In this document: positions 45,996-60,354 of the stretch, in pieces | How positions within the stretch are numbered: position 1 is the first letter of the stretch | How the letters are laid out: every line of letters starts with the position of its first letter | Assembly: GCA_964016885.1 (NCBI GenBank) | Contig: OZ024741.1 | Span: 109,740,001-109,804,000, forward strand | Source: Eledone cirrhosa | Lineage: Eukaryota | Length of the DNA: 64,000 bases | Direction: 5' to 3' | Notes under the pieces: generated by a model | Databases searched by the model: none | What the model was told of the DNA's origin: nothing | What the model saw: only the letters and a program-made list of their open reading frames with translations | Translations under genes and position numbers: made by a program

Positions 45996-46684
45996 CGTTC
46001 TTGTTATTGTTAATGGTGGTGGGTGACGTGATAAAGCGAGATGTTGGCTGAGACATGACGAGACTTTGTCCAGAAGACACAACAACCAGAAGAGGTTGAG
46101 TGAAGAAGGAAGAAGACTAGGAGAAGGGGAGGGAAGAAGGAATGGTGTGAGGGAGTAAGAAAAGGTTGTAGGTAGAGGTATGTAAAATATGGTAGTAGGA
46201 GGAGTAGTAGTAGCTGTTATTGACTGACTGCCTCTACATATTATTGTGTCTGTGTGTATATCTCTGTGTATATGTGTGTATTTGAGTATACGTGCTGGCT
46301 CTCCTGCCTATAGCTGTTGTGTATACGTGGTGGCTCTCCAGCATATAGTTGTAGTGTGTTTCTGTATAAGTGCTGGTTGTCTTTTACTTATAGCTGTCTA
46401 TATGTACATGTGTGTATATATATGTGCTCGCTCTCCAACGCACAGACACACACATATATATATGCATATATATATATATATATATGTATATGTATATATA
46501 TATTTATGCCTATACATATATCTATACATACACACATACACACACACACACGTGTGTCTGTGTTTACATTCTGCATACATGTGTGTGTGTCAACAGCACT
46601 TTTCATCCGTTTTCCATGCAGTCATGGTTTGAACAGGTCGTCACGATCCGTTCGTTTTTCGCCTCATATCTGCAACTTGGTGGC

Positions 46685-46900
46685 CCTTTTAAACGCCAAA
46701 CATTTTACAGTGTCTATTGGGTGCATTTTATCGTGGCACCAGCTCTAACATTTTAAAGAGTGTACTGGGTGCAATTTATCGTGGCACCAGCACAACCACT
46801 TTACAGAATGTACTAGGTGACTTTAACGTCGCACTAATATCCCCACTTTACAGAGTATATTGGGTGCATTGTCTCAAGACACCAGCACTACCACTTCATA
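46685..46900. repeat. Diverged tandem repeat of about 48 bp, about 4 copies
   Basis: TTTACAGAGTGTACTGGGTGCA.TTTATCGTGGCACCAGC recurs at about 46703, 46751, 46799 and 46847. Confidence 0.75.
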
Positions 46901-46989
46901 GAAGTTCGTCTTACGGAACTGTATACATTTTCTGCTGCTGTTTCATATACCAACGCTACAGGTTTATGGCGCCCAGCAACGTGTATCTA

Positions 46990-48375
46990 CACCAATATTA
47001 CCATCGGATGGATCTACTTTGCTGACAGATAAAAATGATATAGTGATATTTTTAATCACTGGAACGATCACTTCGAAACAGTTTTGAATTCTCCATTTGG
47101 TGTGGACCATTACGCCATTGATTCCTTTGAGGACGGAAGTCCCTGGATTGAACTTTGACCCAACATATGCTGAAGTTGAAACACTTATAAAACAAATGTT
47201 ATTAAGTAAATCGGCAGGTGATAATGTAATACCAGCTGAACTGTACAAATATGAAGGTAATGTGCTTATGCATAAGCGCTTGGAACAGTTAGTTTTGATG
47301 TAGAAGAATGGTCAGGTTCCTCCAGAATGTAAAGACTCGTCTATTACCTACCAATTTAAAAGAAAAGGCGGGTGGTGATATGTGACAATCATCGGGTTAT
47401 ATCATTGCTTTCTGTGGTGGGCAAGATTCTTGCTCAAGTTGTTCTCAGCAGAATAATAATTCACCTGGTAGACCGTATTTATCCTGAATCCCTGTGTGAA
47501 TTTAGAGCTGGAAGAGGAACCATAGTCATGATATATTGCTTGCGACAGATTGCAGAGAAAGAACGGGAGAACAGCAAACTATTTAAAGTCTTTGTTGACA
47601 TAACAAATGCTTTTGAATCCGTCAGTTGTGATAGTTTGTGGTCAGTGCTGAAGATAGGGATTTCTAAGATACTCAATATCCTAGTATCCTTCCATGAAAA
47701 CATGGAAGCTTCTGTTCAGTTAAATGGCAGTTTATCAGATACTTTTCATGTAAAAACAATGGGACAAAGCAGAGGTATGCAATAGCCCCTGTTTTGTTTG
47801 CTATCTAATTTTCTTTAAATTAGAATATGTATTAAATGACTATAATTAAGGTGTTTTGTTTGAATGTAGAACATCAGGTGGGCTCATCAATCAAAGGTTT
47901 AGGGCCGAACACCCTTACTAGGACCAAAGTACGTTTAGCCTTCTTGTTTGTAGATGATGCGGCTCTAGTAGCTAATCTTTTTTTTTTTTGAAAAACACAA
48001 GAAGTCGTAAGCTAGTATTCCTCTGCGGCAAAAACGTTTCACCTAACAATAAGTATGAAAAAGACAAAAGTCATATATAAGCCAAACGCAACACCCTTCC
48101 AATACAGTACACCATCAGCCAAATTCTTGTGGACAATAAGCCTCTAAAGTATGTGAAATCTGTCCCATACTTACGAAATAAAATCAATTCTAGAGCTTTT
48201 TTAGATGATGAAATAGTAAATAGGATCGCCAAGGCTAGTGATGCCTTTGGACACCTGTGTGTAAGGGTATGGAATAAGAGCAGATTGAGTTTGAAAACCA
48301 AAATATCAGTTTACCGTGCAGCTGTCAGCTCTAAATTGCTTTTGAGTCTGAATCGTGGACAACATATAGAAAACA
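46990..48375 (+). mobile_element. Degenerate RTE (BovB-like) LINE RT
   Basis: KSAGDNVIPAELYK, DNHRVISLLSVVGKILA, EFRAGRGT, FVDITNAFESV, FVDD and RIAKASDAFGHL..LSLKTKISVYRA, with multiple frameshifts. Confidence 0.85.
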
Positions 48376-48379
48376 TATC

Positions 48380-49825
48380 ACATAACTAGATACTGATCCA
48401 GCCAAGCTCATGGATGCTATCCAACCATCTTGCAAGGAGTATACCACTGAGTTAATTAAGCCTTGTATCCTTGAATTTGCCAAATACAATCTGGGGAAAG
48501 ATGCAGAAAGGAAGGTGGCAAAAGTACCGATATCTATGATGTAATCTGGAACAGAATTGTTGATATGAGCCAGGATATATTGGAACAGATGATTGATGAT
48601 ATCAAGGCAAGTCTTGTGAATATAGTATTGCAAGTGAACGAATCTACAGATGTTCCTCATTGTAGCCAACTGATTACTCTCGTCCATTATGTCATGAATG
48701 AAGAAATCTTAGAATACATTTTATTTTGTGAACCACCGAAGACCTCCACGAAAGCACAAGGTGTATTCAAACTAGTAGAAGAATTTTTCTTGAAACATGG
48801 ATTGGATATGAATGCCTTTGGTTCCATCTGTACGGATGGCACTCCTGCTATGCTAGGATATCGATCTGGATTCGCAGCCCTCTTTAAAAGGTAAGTTCCT
48901 GGGGTCCGTGTCATATATTGTCTGCTTCATCGTCATGTATTAGCAGCGAAAACTTCACCACAATGTCTGCAAACAGTTTTGTCAGCTTGTGTGAAGATTG
49001 TGAACTCAATTAGAGGACGTTTCCTGAATCACCGTTTATTTCAAGTATTTTGTGAAAGCATTTATTCCGAACACACGGTTCTCCAGTACAACTCAGAAGT
49101 AAGATGCTTATTCTGTGGGCGTGTCTTGCAACGTTTATTTGAGCTTAGTGGGAAGATCAAGACAATTTTAAGGGAGTTGATCTTTCCTCTTCGTTGCAAG
49201 TTTTGGCATACTTAACTCACATGTTTACTCGATTGAATGAACTGAATATTTCCCTCCAAGGAAATGATATAAATATTGTAATCGCACATGAAAAGTTGTC
49301 TTCCTATAAAGTTAAGATTCCACTGTGAATGAGAGATACTGAGCTGGGAAATTTGGCCAAGTTTCCATCGTTGGAAGAAGTTGTTGAAGAAGAGTTACTA
49401 CTTCCAGGCGTTGCTACAGCAATACAGGTGCATCTTGATGGGTATTTTTCTCTGGGAAATTTGGAAGCCTACGACCATTGGATAAGGAACCTGTTTCTGT
49501 TTCAGCTGAGTGACATGCCTGAAGAAGGCCCATTGAAAGAGGAGATGATTGATATACAACATAATAAAGCATAATAATTCTTTGGAGAATTTCTGGATAT
49601 CACAAATTGCAACATACTCAAGCAGTTCCAAGAAAACACTTGGTGTACTTGTTCCGTACGCAATAACCTATCTTTGTGGAGCAGGTTTTTCTACTTTTCT
49701 TCATTTCAAAAGCAAGTTTCGAAACCACCTCGATGCTCCGCTTGACATACACCTCGCCCTCAACAAAAAGAAACTCCGTATTTCAAACAGAATTAAGAAA
49801 AGGTAAGAACAGATGACACATTAAA
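48380..49825 (+). mobile_element. Degenerate hAT (Buster/ZBED8-like) transposase
   Basis: LQVNESTDV..CSQLI..V.YV, ICTDGTPAMLG..SGF, CLLHRHVLA, KIVNSIRGR.LNHRLF, SEVR and TYLCGAGFS. Confidence 0.88.
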
Positions 49826-50299
49826 GATTAAAATATTTTGATTGGATATTTTCCGTTATTTTCAAAAAATTGTATTTATTAATCATAGTAGTTAATTAAT
49901 TGAATAGTATCAGTTAAGTAGCTGATAATTGACCTGTAAATTCAAGGTTTATTTTTATATTGTGTGCTAGGCCTAGGGGTGCAGGATAGGGGTTCTTTAT
50001 AGGTCCTTATATTTCGACATAAAATCGCTTCATCAAAAGGTTAATAGAAAAAACTAGTTCGGAGCTGTGTATATTTTGTCACATTTAAGCTGGTATTTTT
50101 TTTAAAAACCCCTATATATATGTATAGGTGGTATTAGCGTGTTTGTGACTGTGCTTGTGTATATGTATAACGTATATACATGTACATATATGTGTGTGTA
50201 TATGTATATATGTTACACAAGGTAGTAAATTGAAGTTCAAAATGTTAGGGACACATTAACAAAAGCGTGGTGGTATATCTATCTTTATCTACGTTTCTC

Positions 50300-50378
<79 letters not shown>

Positions 50379-51346
50379 GACTCTTTATCACTTTGTCACT
50401 CTCCCTCTCTCTCCCTCTCTCTCTATTCCCTTCTCACTCTCCCCTTCTCTCTCTCTCTCTTTCTCTCTCTGCGTGTGTGTGTGTGTGTTTAAGTAATATT
50501 TGTGTGTGTGTACTTCAGTATGTAATTGTATGTATTGGTACCAACAGCTGGTGTTGTGTTAGTAATCGATTAATCAATCTTATCTATCTTATATGCAAAT
50601 ATACATATACGTGCGCGCGCGTGTGTGTGTGTATGTGTGTGTTTGTGTGTGTCTGATTGGTTGTATGTGTGTGTGTATATATATTTACAAATATAAGAAA
50701 ACATTTGTTTTTCTTGAAACACGTCACTATATCTTAAGGGAGTATGATAAAGTTTGATTAAACAATTGAGATCTATCCCTAAACCTTCCATGAATATAAT
50801 CGATTCGAATCCTTCGATCCAAATCGAGAAACGTGAGTTATAATTAGATATGTAGAAAGAATGAGCGTTCTACTGGAGTTGGAGTGAGTAAGAAATAGTT
50901 ATTTGAAGAGGAGGTTCATCAGTCTACTTTCTATCTCTATTCCTCTCTTTAAATCGCTCTCACTCGCTCCCACCTACTCTCGGTCTCACTCTCTCTCTCT
51001 CTCACTCGCTCCCCCCTTCCCTCAGTCTCTCTCTCTCTCACTCACTCTCTCTCTCTCTCTCGCTCTCTCTCTCGCTCTTTCTCTCTCTTTCATCACACAC
51101 AAATTAGTACTTCCATTTCAATGATATTTCTATATGTGGTAAGGTATTTGAGCACTTCAATTTCTTGACTTCTGATGATAATCCAATAAGGTTCGAAAAT
51201 TGACTTTTTTTTTGAATTTACAGAGAACGACATGAATGGGAGACGTTTACACAATGTGTAAATTTATATGCATCCTAGGTTCCATCTGTATAATATTCAT
51301 ACAGATACAAATTTATCGTATAATTTGGTGGCTTAGCACACAATTT

Positions 51347-51377
<31 letters not shown>

Positions 51378-51522
51378 ATATATATTGTACTTTTAAAAAA
51401 TTTCCTTTACTCTCTAAAAAAAACTGTTTTTCTTCCCTTTTCTCTCCCCCACCTCCTCCCTTTTTTAAATGTCTTTCCACCATTCCCCCACACACCCTCG
51501 GAACTCTCTTCCTACCCACTGT

Positions 51523-51554
51523 TCTCCTGATGAAGGGCTTTTGCCCGAAACGTC
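51523..51554 (+). ncRNA. Minimal hammerhead core of Penelope type (stem I 3' strand lost)
   Basis: CTGATGA-A GGGC tttt GCCC-GAAACGTC, followed by poly-C rather than the stem I complement. Confidence 0.6.
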
Positions 51555-51651
51555 CCCCCCCCCACTCTCAAGCGTGAAACTAATATTAACATGTGTACTG
51601 CCTCTTCGCTTCCACATTGTTATTTTGTTTTTTGTTTACTGTCTCAACTAT

Positions 51652-51718
<67 letters not shown>

Positions 51719-51814
51719 TGCTGCTGGTGTGCTGGCTTTGTTCGGATCCAGCTGTGGAAACGGCCGGAGTTCAGCCGTCGGGGTCCTGACACTTTTTCTA
51801 TATATATATATATC

Positions 51815-51889
<75 letters not shown>

Positions 51890-51962
51890 ATATATATATA
51901 TATGTTTTGCAACGGGCCATTTTGTGGCTCAATGAAGAATTAATAAATTAAACAATCAGAGC

Positions 51963-52735
51963 TATATATCATAAAACATGTCTAACAATCACCAGATAAA
52001 ATATATACCATTTCCTCTCCCAATTAGCATAAAAAATCAATTAGACCAAGCTATAAGAATAAAGGCTCCTATGAAGAAATCTCCGACAAATAACCGAAAG
52101 CAGCCCCTTCCCGGCGGCTACGACGGATCATTTATCGAATATTTCGACAGCATGTATGAATCGACCAGATATACAGTCAACTAAACAGAATTAGGTGTAA
52201 AATAAACTAGAAGATACAATTTTGGCTGTATTGGGCTGCGCTTTCTAGCAAAAAGCCTATCAGCCGGAAGCAACTAATCACATCCTTTCTAACTTGACCG
52301 CTGCCACGTCACGATTCTTAGCCATTTTTTAATGTATTCTTGGCGCGATCACTTTGGAAAATTAATTGTCTAAATTTGAGCTAACTTCCTGAAGAATCCG
52401 ACGCTCTAGATATCCAATGTTATCGGATGTCTTAAAATGCGGATGAAACCATGGTAGAGGTAATTAAATATGTACACTTTTCTTCTAGTTTATTTTACAC
52501 CTAATTCTGTTTAGTTGACTGTATATCTGGTCAATTCATACATGCTGTCGAAATATTCGATAAATGATCCGTCGTAGCCGCCGGGAAGGGGCTGCTTTCG
52601 GTTATTTGTCGGAGATTTCTTCATAGGAGCCTTTATTCTTATAGCTTGGTCTAATTGATTTTTTATATGGTTAATTATGCTAATTGGGAGAGGAAATGGT
52701 ATATATTTTATCTGGTGATTCTTAGACATGTTTTA

Positions 52736-52745
<10 letters not shown>
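51963..52745. mobile_element. Element with about 250-bp inverted arms enclosing a hammerhead
   Basis: About 51963-52213 is mirrored by about 52484-52743, giving near-identical ORFs on opposite strands. It is flanked by (AT)n. Confidence 0.85.
52384..52461 (+). ncRNA. Type I hammerhead with extended stem II
   Basis: ACTTC-CTGAAGA-A TCCG ... CGGA T-GAAAC CATG GTA-GAGGT. Stem III is the palindrome ACCATGGT and there is an internal hairpin in loop II. Confidence 0.8.
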
Positions 52746-52819
<74 letters not shown>

Positions 52820-52994
52820 CTGTATGTGGTTGACGGATGAGAGAAAGGAGTACTCAATACCTAAGTAGAGTTTTAATATTCAATATTATGAAGGCTAAAA
52901 AGTGAGTCTTGTCACTCTGGAGATTCACCTGTTTATCACAGATGACCCTGTGATAAACAGGCGAAACTCCAGAGTAACTCAATTGTTAGCCTTA

Positions 52995-54366
52995 ATAATA
53001 ATTGTTTCTAGTTTTGGCACAAGGCCAGCAACTTTATTTTATCGACCCCGTAAGGATGAAAGCAAAGTTAACCTCAGCGGCATTTGAACTCAGAATGGCA
53101 AGGGCCGTAACTCTATGCGTCAAAGAATGGCGTCCGACCATCTACCGAAACTGCCAATCCACTGCCAAATGTATAAACAATAATAATAATGATTTCATTT
53201 ATTAGCCACAAGGGCCGACATGTAGTGACAATACAAAGACAGGGGCAGTGGGGTTTACAATAAGGTCGAGTAAAAGTGCACAATGGCAAAACTAATTTAA
53301 CAATGAAGATATAAAAATATAAAATAAACTATGCATAAATATAACAAAATAAATTCCCCGATAGGGGGGTGGACGACTCTGGGGTGACTCGGGTACCCCA
53401 CCAATCCTGAACCACCCTGCGCTTCTAGGGCACCCAGGGAGAGCACCCCTCTCCTCAAGTTAGCTAGCCTATAGGCGCATGGCCAGAGTAGGCCCATTCA
53501 CACGAGCCATTCTCGCCACATTCACCCACCTATACTGCCAATCACCCGTTAGCCTTAAAATTAATTGTTTCTATTTTAGGCACAAGGCCAGCAAATACCC
53601 AGTACATTACTGGTACTTTATTTTATCGACCCTGTAAGGATGAAAGGCAAAGTTAACCTCGGCGGGATTTGAACTCAGATCATAAAGGGACGTAACTCTA
53701 TGCTTCAAAGCATGGTGTCCGACTCTAGTTTTGGCACAAGGCCAGCAACTTTATTTTATCGACCCCGTAAGGATGAAAGCAAAGTTAACCTCGGCGGCAT
53801 TTGAACTCAGAATGGCAAGGGCCGTAATTCTATGCGTCAAAGCATGGCGTGCGACCCTCTACCGATACTGCCAATCACCCGTTAGCCTTAATAATAATGA
53901 TTTCTAATATAAGCAGAAGGCTAATAATTTGAAGGGAGGGCGAAAGTCGATTAAATCGACTCCAGTACGTTACTGGTACTTTATTTTATCAACCCTGTAA
54001 GGATGAAAGACAAAGTTAACCTCGGCGGAATTTGAACTCAGACCGTAAAGGACCGTAACTCTATGCTGCAAAGCATGGCGTCCGACCCTCTACTGATACT
54101 GCCAATCCACTGCCTTATAATAATGATAATAATTGTTTCTAGTTTTGGCACAAGGTCAGCAATTACCCAGTACATCACAGGTACTTTATTTTTCGACCCC
54201 GTAAGGATGAAAGGCAAAAATGATAATAATGATTTCTTTATTTAATAATAATGATTTCTACGTTAATAATAATTGTTTCTACTTTTGGCACAAGGCCAGC
54301 AAATACCCAGTACATTACTGGTTCTTTATTTTATTGACCCCGTAAGGATGAAAGGCAAAGTTAACC
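52995..54366 (-). mobile_element. Cluster of about 6 head-to-tail family-B SINE copies (interrupted by a LINE fragment)
   Basis: GGCACAAGGCCAGCAA...CCCGTAAGGATGAAAG..AAAGTTAACCTCGGCGG..TTTGAACTCAGA is repeated. A-box-like TGGCAGTATCGG on the minus strand. Confidence 0.85.
53193..53530 (-). mobile_element. Tx1/L1-like LINE 3' fragment (diverged subfamily)
   Basis: Minus strand RWVNVARMARVNGPTL, then a 3' UTR ending GTGGCTAATAAA. Confidence 0.75.
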
Positions 54367-54395
54367 TATATATGTATATGGCCCCCAGACACATC

Positions 54396-54427
<32 letters not shown>

Positions 54428-55270
54428 GGGGGGGGAGAAAGAAAGAGAGAGAGGGAGTGTGTGTGTCTGTGTGAAAGAGAGAGAGAAAGAGAGAATGATA
54501 CTGACAGAGAATGAGAAGCACTTAAAGTGCGATGTATGCACAGGAATATATGCACCCGTTAACACGTTGTGTGCACACATGAACGCAACACTGCACTTGA
54601 GATTGATGTTGCACAAGATTGTTGGTCATGCGTAGTGTTCACATTTCCGGTTTGTCTTGGCTTTAATTTCATATTAACTTTCTCAATGGATGTCGTTTAT
54701 TTCATTGGTGATTGGTGTTGATATTGTTGGTGGTGTAGGCAGAGGTGGAGACGGTGGTGGCTGTGGTAGCGGTGGAGGTGAAGTCAGCGGTGGTGGAGGT
54801 GGAGGCGTCAGCATTAATGGCGGTGGTGCTGGTTCGAGGAAGGGTTGTTTGTAATTGCAGTGATGGTCATCGTGTTCATGCGATCGATCAGGTTGTTGGT
54901 GGTCACTATGGTAACGCTTGAAATGATTGATGATCTTGCCTCTTGACATTTTCTACAGATAGCCCTCGTGTGTTGCTGAAAACTTGGTCTTTAGATTCAG
55001 GTGTATCATATTCAGATTCATAATGTCGGTTAGTTCTCTCTTGTTATGATGTAAAAGGGAAATTCACTTTATTGTTTGTATTTTAGTCAGAGCCATTAGA
55101 AAGGCGGAGAGAATTTTTTCGCGGGGTTATTCGTTCAAAACCGGCCCAAATCAACTTTTCATTTCATAATTTCCAATACTTCGAGGAGTATACACTGTCA
55201 TGTATAGTATTATCTTCTGAATATATTCAGATATCACTTTATCATATACCTCAGCTGATAGATAGATATC

Positions 55271-56604
55271 TTTCTTTATTTGCCACAGGGGCGTACAAAA
55301 AGGGGATATTGCAAGACGTGACGGCGGAGGTTTTACATAAAAATAACTTTAACATTAATAAATAACAATAAACTATATATAATAAAATAACAATTGGGGG
55401 GGAACGTTACTGCAGGGTTGTTTTACACCCCGTGGATAGAACAACCCTCAACACCAGGAACGCGTTTTGTAGGTGTACCTGTCTTCCCTCTGTTTATCTT
55501 CCTCAACCTACAGGTTTATATACAGAGAAGGCCCATTCACTCGGGCCATTTTCGCCACATTCACCCACTTTTCAGCGAATTTACTCCACTCTCATCTTCC
55601 TTCTGAAGTGATACTTAAAGAAGGGGATAAGTTGTTGTCCGGAGAGAAAGGTGTTTGCCCTCAGTCCTTTTAACTTCATCCACCATATTACCTCTTTCGC
55701 CATAGTCACCAGACAAGGGAAAACCGCCTCTCTTTCGTTCTTAAATGAAGGCGGCGGGGTGATCCTCACGATGGACTCGGCTGACAACTGGATGCGTCCC
55801 ACACATGACAGTAGCTGTTCGACATAATCCCATAGGTTGGTCACCCCTGGGCACTGAACAATTGCGTGGAGAACAGTTTCGATGTCCTGCTCGCATCTTG
55901 GACGGGTCCTTTTGGCAGGATCTCTGCCAGGGCGTCCGTGCCTGTAGATTTTGTATCGAACTGGTAGAGCTCCTCGGTAGCACTGCCAGGCCAGAGACCT
56001 CTGGAAGTTATCCATAGGCCCTGAACGGAAAGTCCTCCCGAACAGACTGGTCAGTTCATTCTCGATGCCTAGAGTTTCCCCGAGAACGTCGTCGCACATA
56101 TCCTCCACTAATCCCCTATAGAATGTCGTAGTGGAGTCTCCTCTGATTGCCGTTTCCGCTTGGTAGAGGGCTGTGAGCGCCTGTACGCACTCGAGGTGCC
56201 AGGCACCCATTTTTGGTCTTCGCTTGACCCAGGACTGCAGCTCTGTTAGTGAAACGAGTTGTGGAAGAACTTGTCTCACAAACGACAGCCACACCGGTTC
56301 GCCGGTCAGGAATACCTGGAGATAGCGTAGCCTCAGCGCGTGTTTGCGCATCATCAGCCACGGCATGCCCAGCCCTCCGTTAGAAGGGTGTTGACAGCAG
56401 ATGGCTCTCCTCACCAATGGAGCCTGTTTCTTCCGGAGGAACTTGAAGAGTAGGCGTTCCATTTTGGTAAGGTATTCGCGGGGCCAAGGCACGACTGTCA
56501 AGCGGTAGTAGATGACGGACGCTATGTAAGTATTCGCCACCTCCGCTCGACCTTTCAAGGAGAGTTTGCACTCAGCCCACTTCTGGGTGAGTGCAAACAC
56601 CTTC
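55271..56604 (-). mobile_element. Tx1/L1-like LINE 3' part
   Basis: KVFALTQKWAECKLSLKGRAEVAN...GGLGMPWLMMR...FFKYHFRRKMRVE, homologous to the 9234 ORF. TAGA/CAGA repeats lie at both ends. Confidence 0.9.
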
Positions 56605-56664
56605 ATAGACAGGCAGACAGACAGATAGACAGACAGACAGGTATATAGACAGACTAATAGATAA

Positions 56665-57074
56665 ATTTCTTTATTAGCCACAAGGGCACAAAAGAAGGGG
56701 ACAAATACAAATGGGGAGTTTACATACAGGTATATGAAAATAAACTATTAATAAAATAACAAATAACAATTGATATCCCCAATAGGGGGGGGGGGTTACA
56801 CAGTGGTTGACCACACCCCGAAAAAATGTACAGGAGCACCATGAGTGAGTACTCCCTTCCTCTCTTCCTCTTTTTCCTCAACCTACAGGCCCACACAGAG
56901 AGAAGGCCCAACCACTCGGGCCATCTTTGCCACATTCATCCATTCTTTATAAAATTTGCTGGGGTACAGCACCTCTCTCTCCATCCTGATTCTTCTTCCA
57001 AAATGATATTTGAAAAAACGAATCAGTTGCTCACCGGAGAGAAAGGTGTCTGACCTCAGCTCTTCCAACCTCGT
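56665..57074 (-). mobile_element. Tx1/L1-like LINE 3' fragment in tandem with the previous copy
   Basis: FFKYHFGRRIRMEREVLYPSKF and an AATAAAGAAA end. (TAGA)n follows at 57075. Confidence 0.9.
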
Positions 57075-57164
57075 TAGATAGATAGATAGATAGATTAAAA
57101 AACCATTCGAAATTTAGTGGATATATGTTTAATAATGATTAAAGAAAATATGAAAGAAAATTAT

Positions 57165-57889
<725 letters not shown>

Positions 57890-58487
57890 TATATATATAT
57901 ATATAATCGATTTACAAGATACCGGACCTCATTCGCTTGCTGAGTGGGGGGACCTCGTTTAATTTGACCAACGAAACAATGTTTTCCATTGGTCTTTCCA
58001 TTGTTGATACCATCTACCGGTCGCAACTCCTGGTAGAAGGTGCAATGTGAAATAAATTGTCTTGCTCAAGAACGCAACGCATCACCCTGTCCGTGAATTG
58101 AATACGCAAACTCAATTTGCGAATATAAATCTCTAACCACTAAGCCACGGTCCTTCACAATATATATAAGAATATTTTGTAATTTAGTTAAAGCTTTGTG
58201 TGAAGTATAGAAGATAATGTTTTGTTTGGAAGCTACTACAATTTGAATTAGGTAGTAAATTTTAAAATGATGTTTGGATGTTACCCCGTAGTTCTCTATA
58301 GGTCCATATATTTCGGGCTACAATCCTCTCATCAAAAGATTAATAGAAGAAACTAGTTTAAAGCGGTATATTCTTGTCGCATTGGATGAGGACCATAAAT
58401 AACAATGTTATCATATTTTTAACAATCACCTTCCAAATCACTTTCTATAAAATGCTATCTTCTATAACATAATATATAATATGATAT

Positions 58488-58662
58488 AATTGTTTCTACT
58501 TTTGGCACAAGGCCAGCAATTATCCCAGTACTTTATTTTATCGACCCCATAAGGAGGAAAGGCAAAGTTAACCTCGGCGGGATTTGAACTCAGACCATAA
58601 AGGGCCGTAACTCTTTGCTGCAAAGCATGGTGTCCGACCCTCTACCGATACTGCCAATCCAC
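58488..58662 (-). mobile_element. tRNA-derived SINE, family B, near full length
   Basis: Minus strand GTGGATTGGCAGTATCGG (A-box) ... GAGTTCAAATCC (B-box) ... AGAAACAATTAT tail. Confidence 0.85.
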
Positions 58663-58881
58663 ATAATATTAGCGTATACGTAGTCGATCACTCTGACATT
58701 TACGAAGTGCTGAGGGGTTAAAGTTAATATAAAGAATAGGGTGTTCGTGTGCTGGGAACGGAGATGCTATAAAATAGCGTATAAAATAAAATTTTAAATT
58801 AAGTGTTGATGCAAGTTTGTTCATCTCTCTTGTTGAGAAGAAGTGTGTGTATATACATATGCATATATGCGCATATATACA

Positions 58882-58935
<54 letters not shown>

Positions 58936-59304
58936 CCCTTCTTCACTATAAGCTATTTTATAGAATCTTTGCGCATGAGCTCAGCATTCTTTATATTAAT
59001 AATATAATATGATAATATACAATATATAATATAAATATGATATATATAAAAACATTAAAACATTATCTCAAATATTCATGACTTCCATCTTGAAAGATTT
59101 TATATTCTGAGCTTAAGTCTCACGGGAAGAGATTAAAATCATTTCCTGTAAGAACCGTGAAGTGCTTAAGTCCATCATATCTTGGATTTAATTAACTTCC
59201 AGAAACCCAGAAATATCTGTTTTACGTTTATTTATATACTAATATATATATGGAGAGGGGTATGTACTTGTAGGTATTCGCTTCGGTGTAAGTGTATCTA
59301 CGTC

Positions 59305-59469
<165 letters not shown>

Positions 59470-59490
59470 CTCACTATTATTATATATATA

Positions 59491-59682
59491 TGTGGTGAAT
59501 TGGCAGTATTGGTAGAGGGTCAGACGCCATGCTTTCAAGCATAGTTATGTCCCTTTATGATCTGAGTTCAAATCCCGCCGAGGTTAACTTTGCCTTTCAT
59601 CCTTACGGGGTCGATAAAATAAAGTACCAGTAATGTACTGGGTAATTGCTGGCCTTGTGCCAAAAAATAGAAACAATTATTA
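59491..59682 (+). mobile_element. tRNA-derived SINE, family B, near full length
   Basis: TGGCAGTATTGG A-box, GAGTTCAAATCC B-box and GCCTTTCATCCTTACGGGGTCGATAAA central domain. Confidence 0.85.
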
Positions 59683-59830
59683 TATATATATGTGTGTGTG
59701 TGTGTATGTATATATGCATGTATGTATGTATATATGGATGTATATGCATATATACATGTATATGTGTATATATATATATATTTATATATATACATATGTT
59801 TATATATATATACATATGTATGCATATGTG

Positions 59831-59873
<43 letters not shown>

Positions 59874-60200
59874 GAGGTGAAATTGGAAAATATATTTAAG
59901 GATCTGCTTTTCTTCTTTTTCCTTTCTTTGATTCGTCTAAGTGACATTGAAAAAAAGAGAAGGACCATTCTTTTAAAAAAGAGTTTTATAATGTATATAA
60001 AATATATCAAATATAACTGGTTTCGATGTATTAGTAAAATCCATCTCATCAAATGTTGAGTATTACAATTTAAAAGAATTAAAAATTAAAAAGAATTAAA
60101 AATTAAAAATTTTAAATCAAGTGTTGAAGCAAGTTTGTTCATCTCTCTTGTTGAGAAGAAGATGTGTGTATATACATATGCATATATGCGCATATATACA

Positions 60201-60261
<61 letters not shown>

Positions 60262-60354
60262 TCATATCGGATATTGTTTATCGTTAATTCGTGAGCTGAT
60301 TTTCCGATACTCGATTATTCTATTATATATATATATATAATATATATATAAGAC

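Noticed and set aside
48565-49806. Domesticated ZBED8/SCAND3-like gene
   Set aside because: Multiple stops, frameshifts and deletions indicate a dead hAT copy.
59491-59580. tRNA gene
   Set aside because: A and B boxes are present but belong to a multi-copy SINE head, and no cloverleaf is evident.
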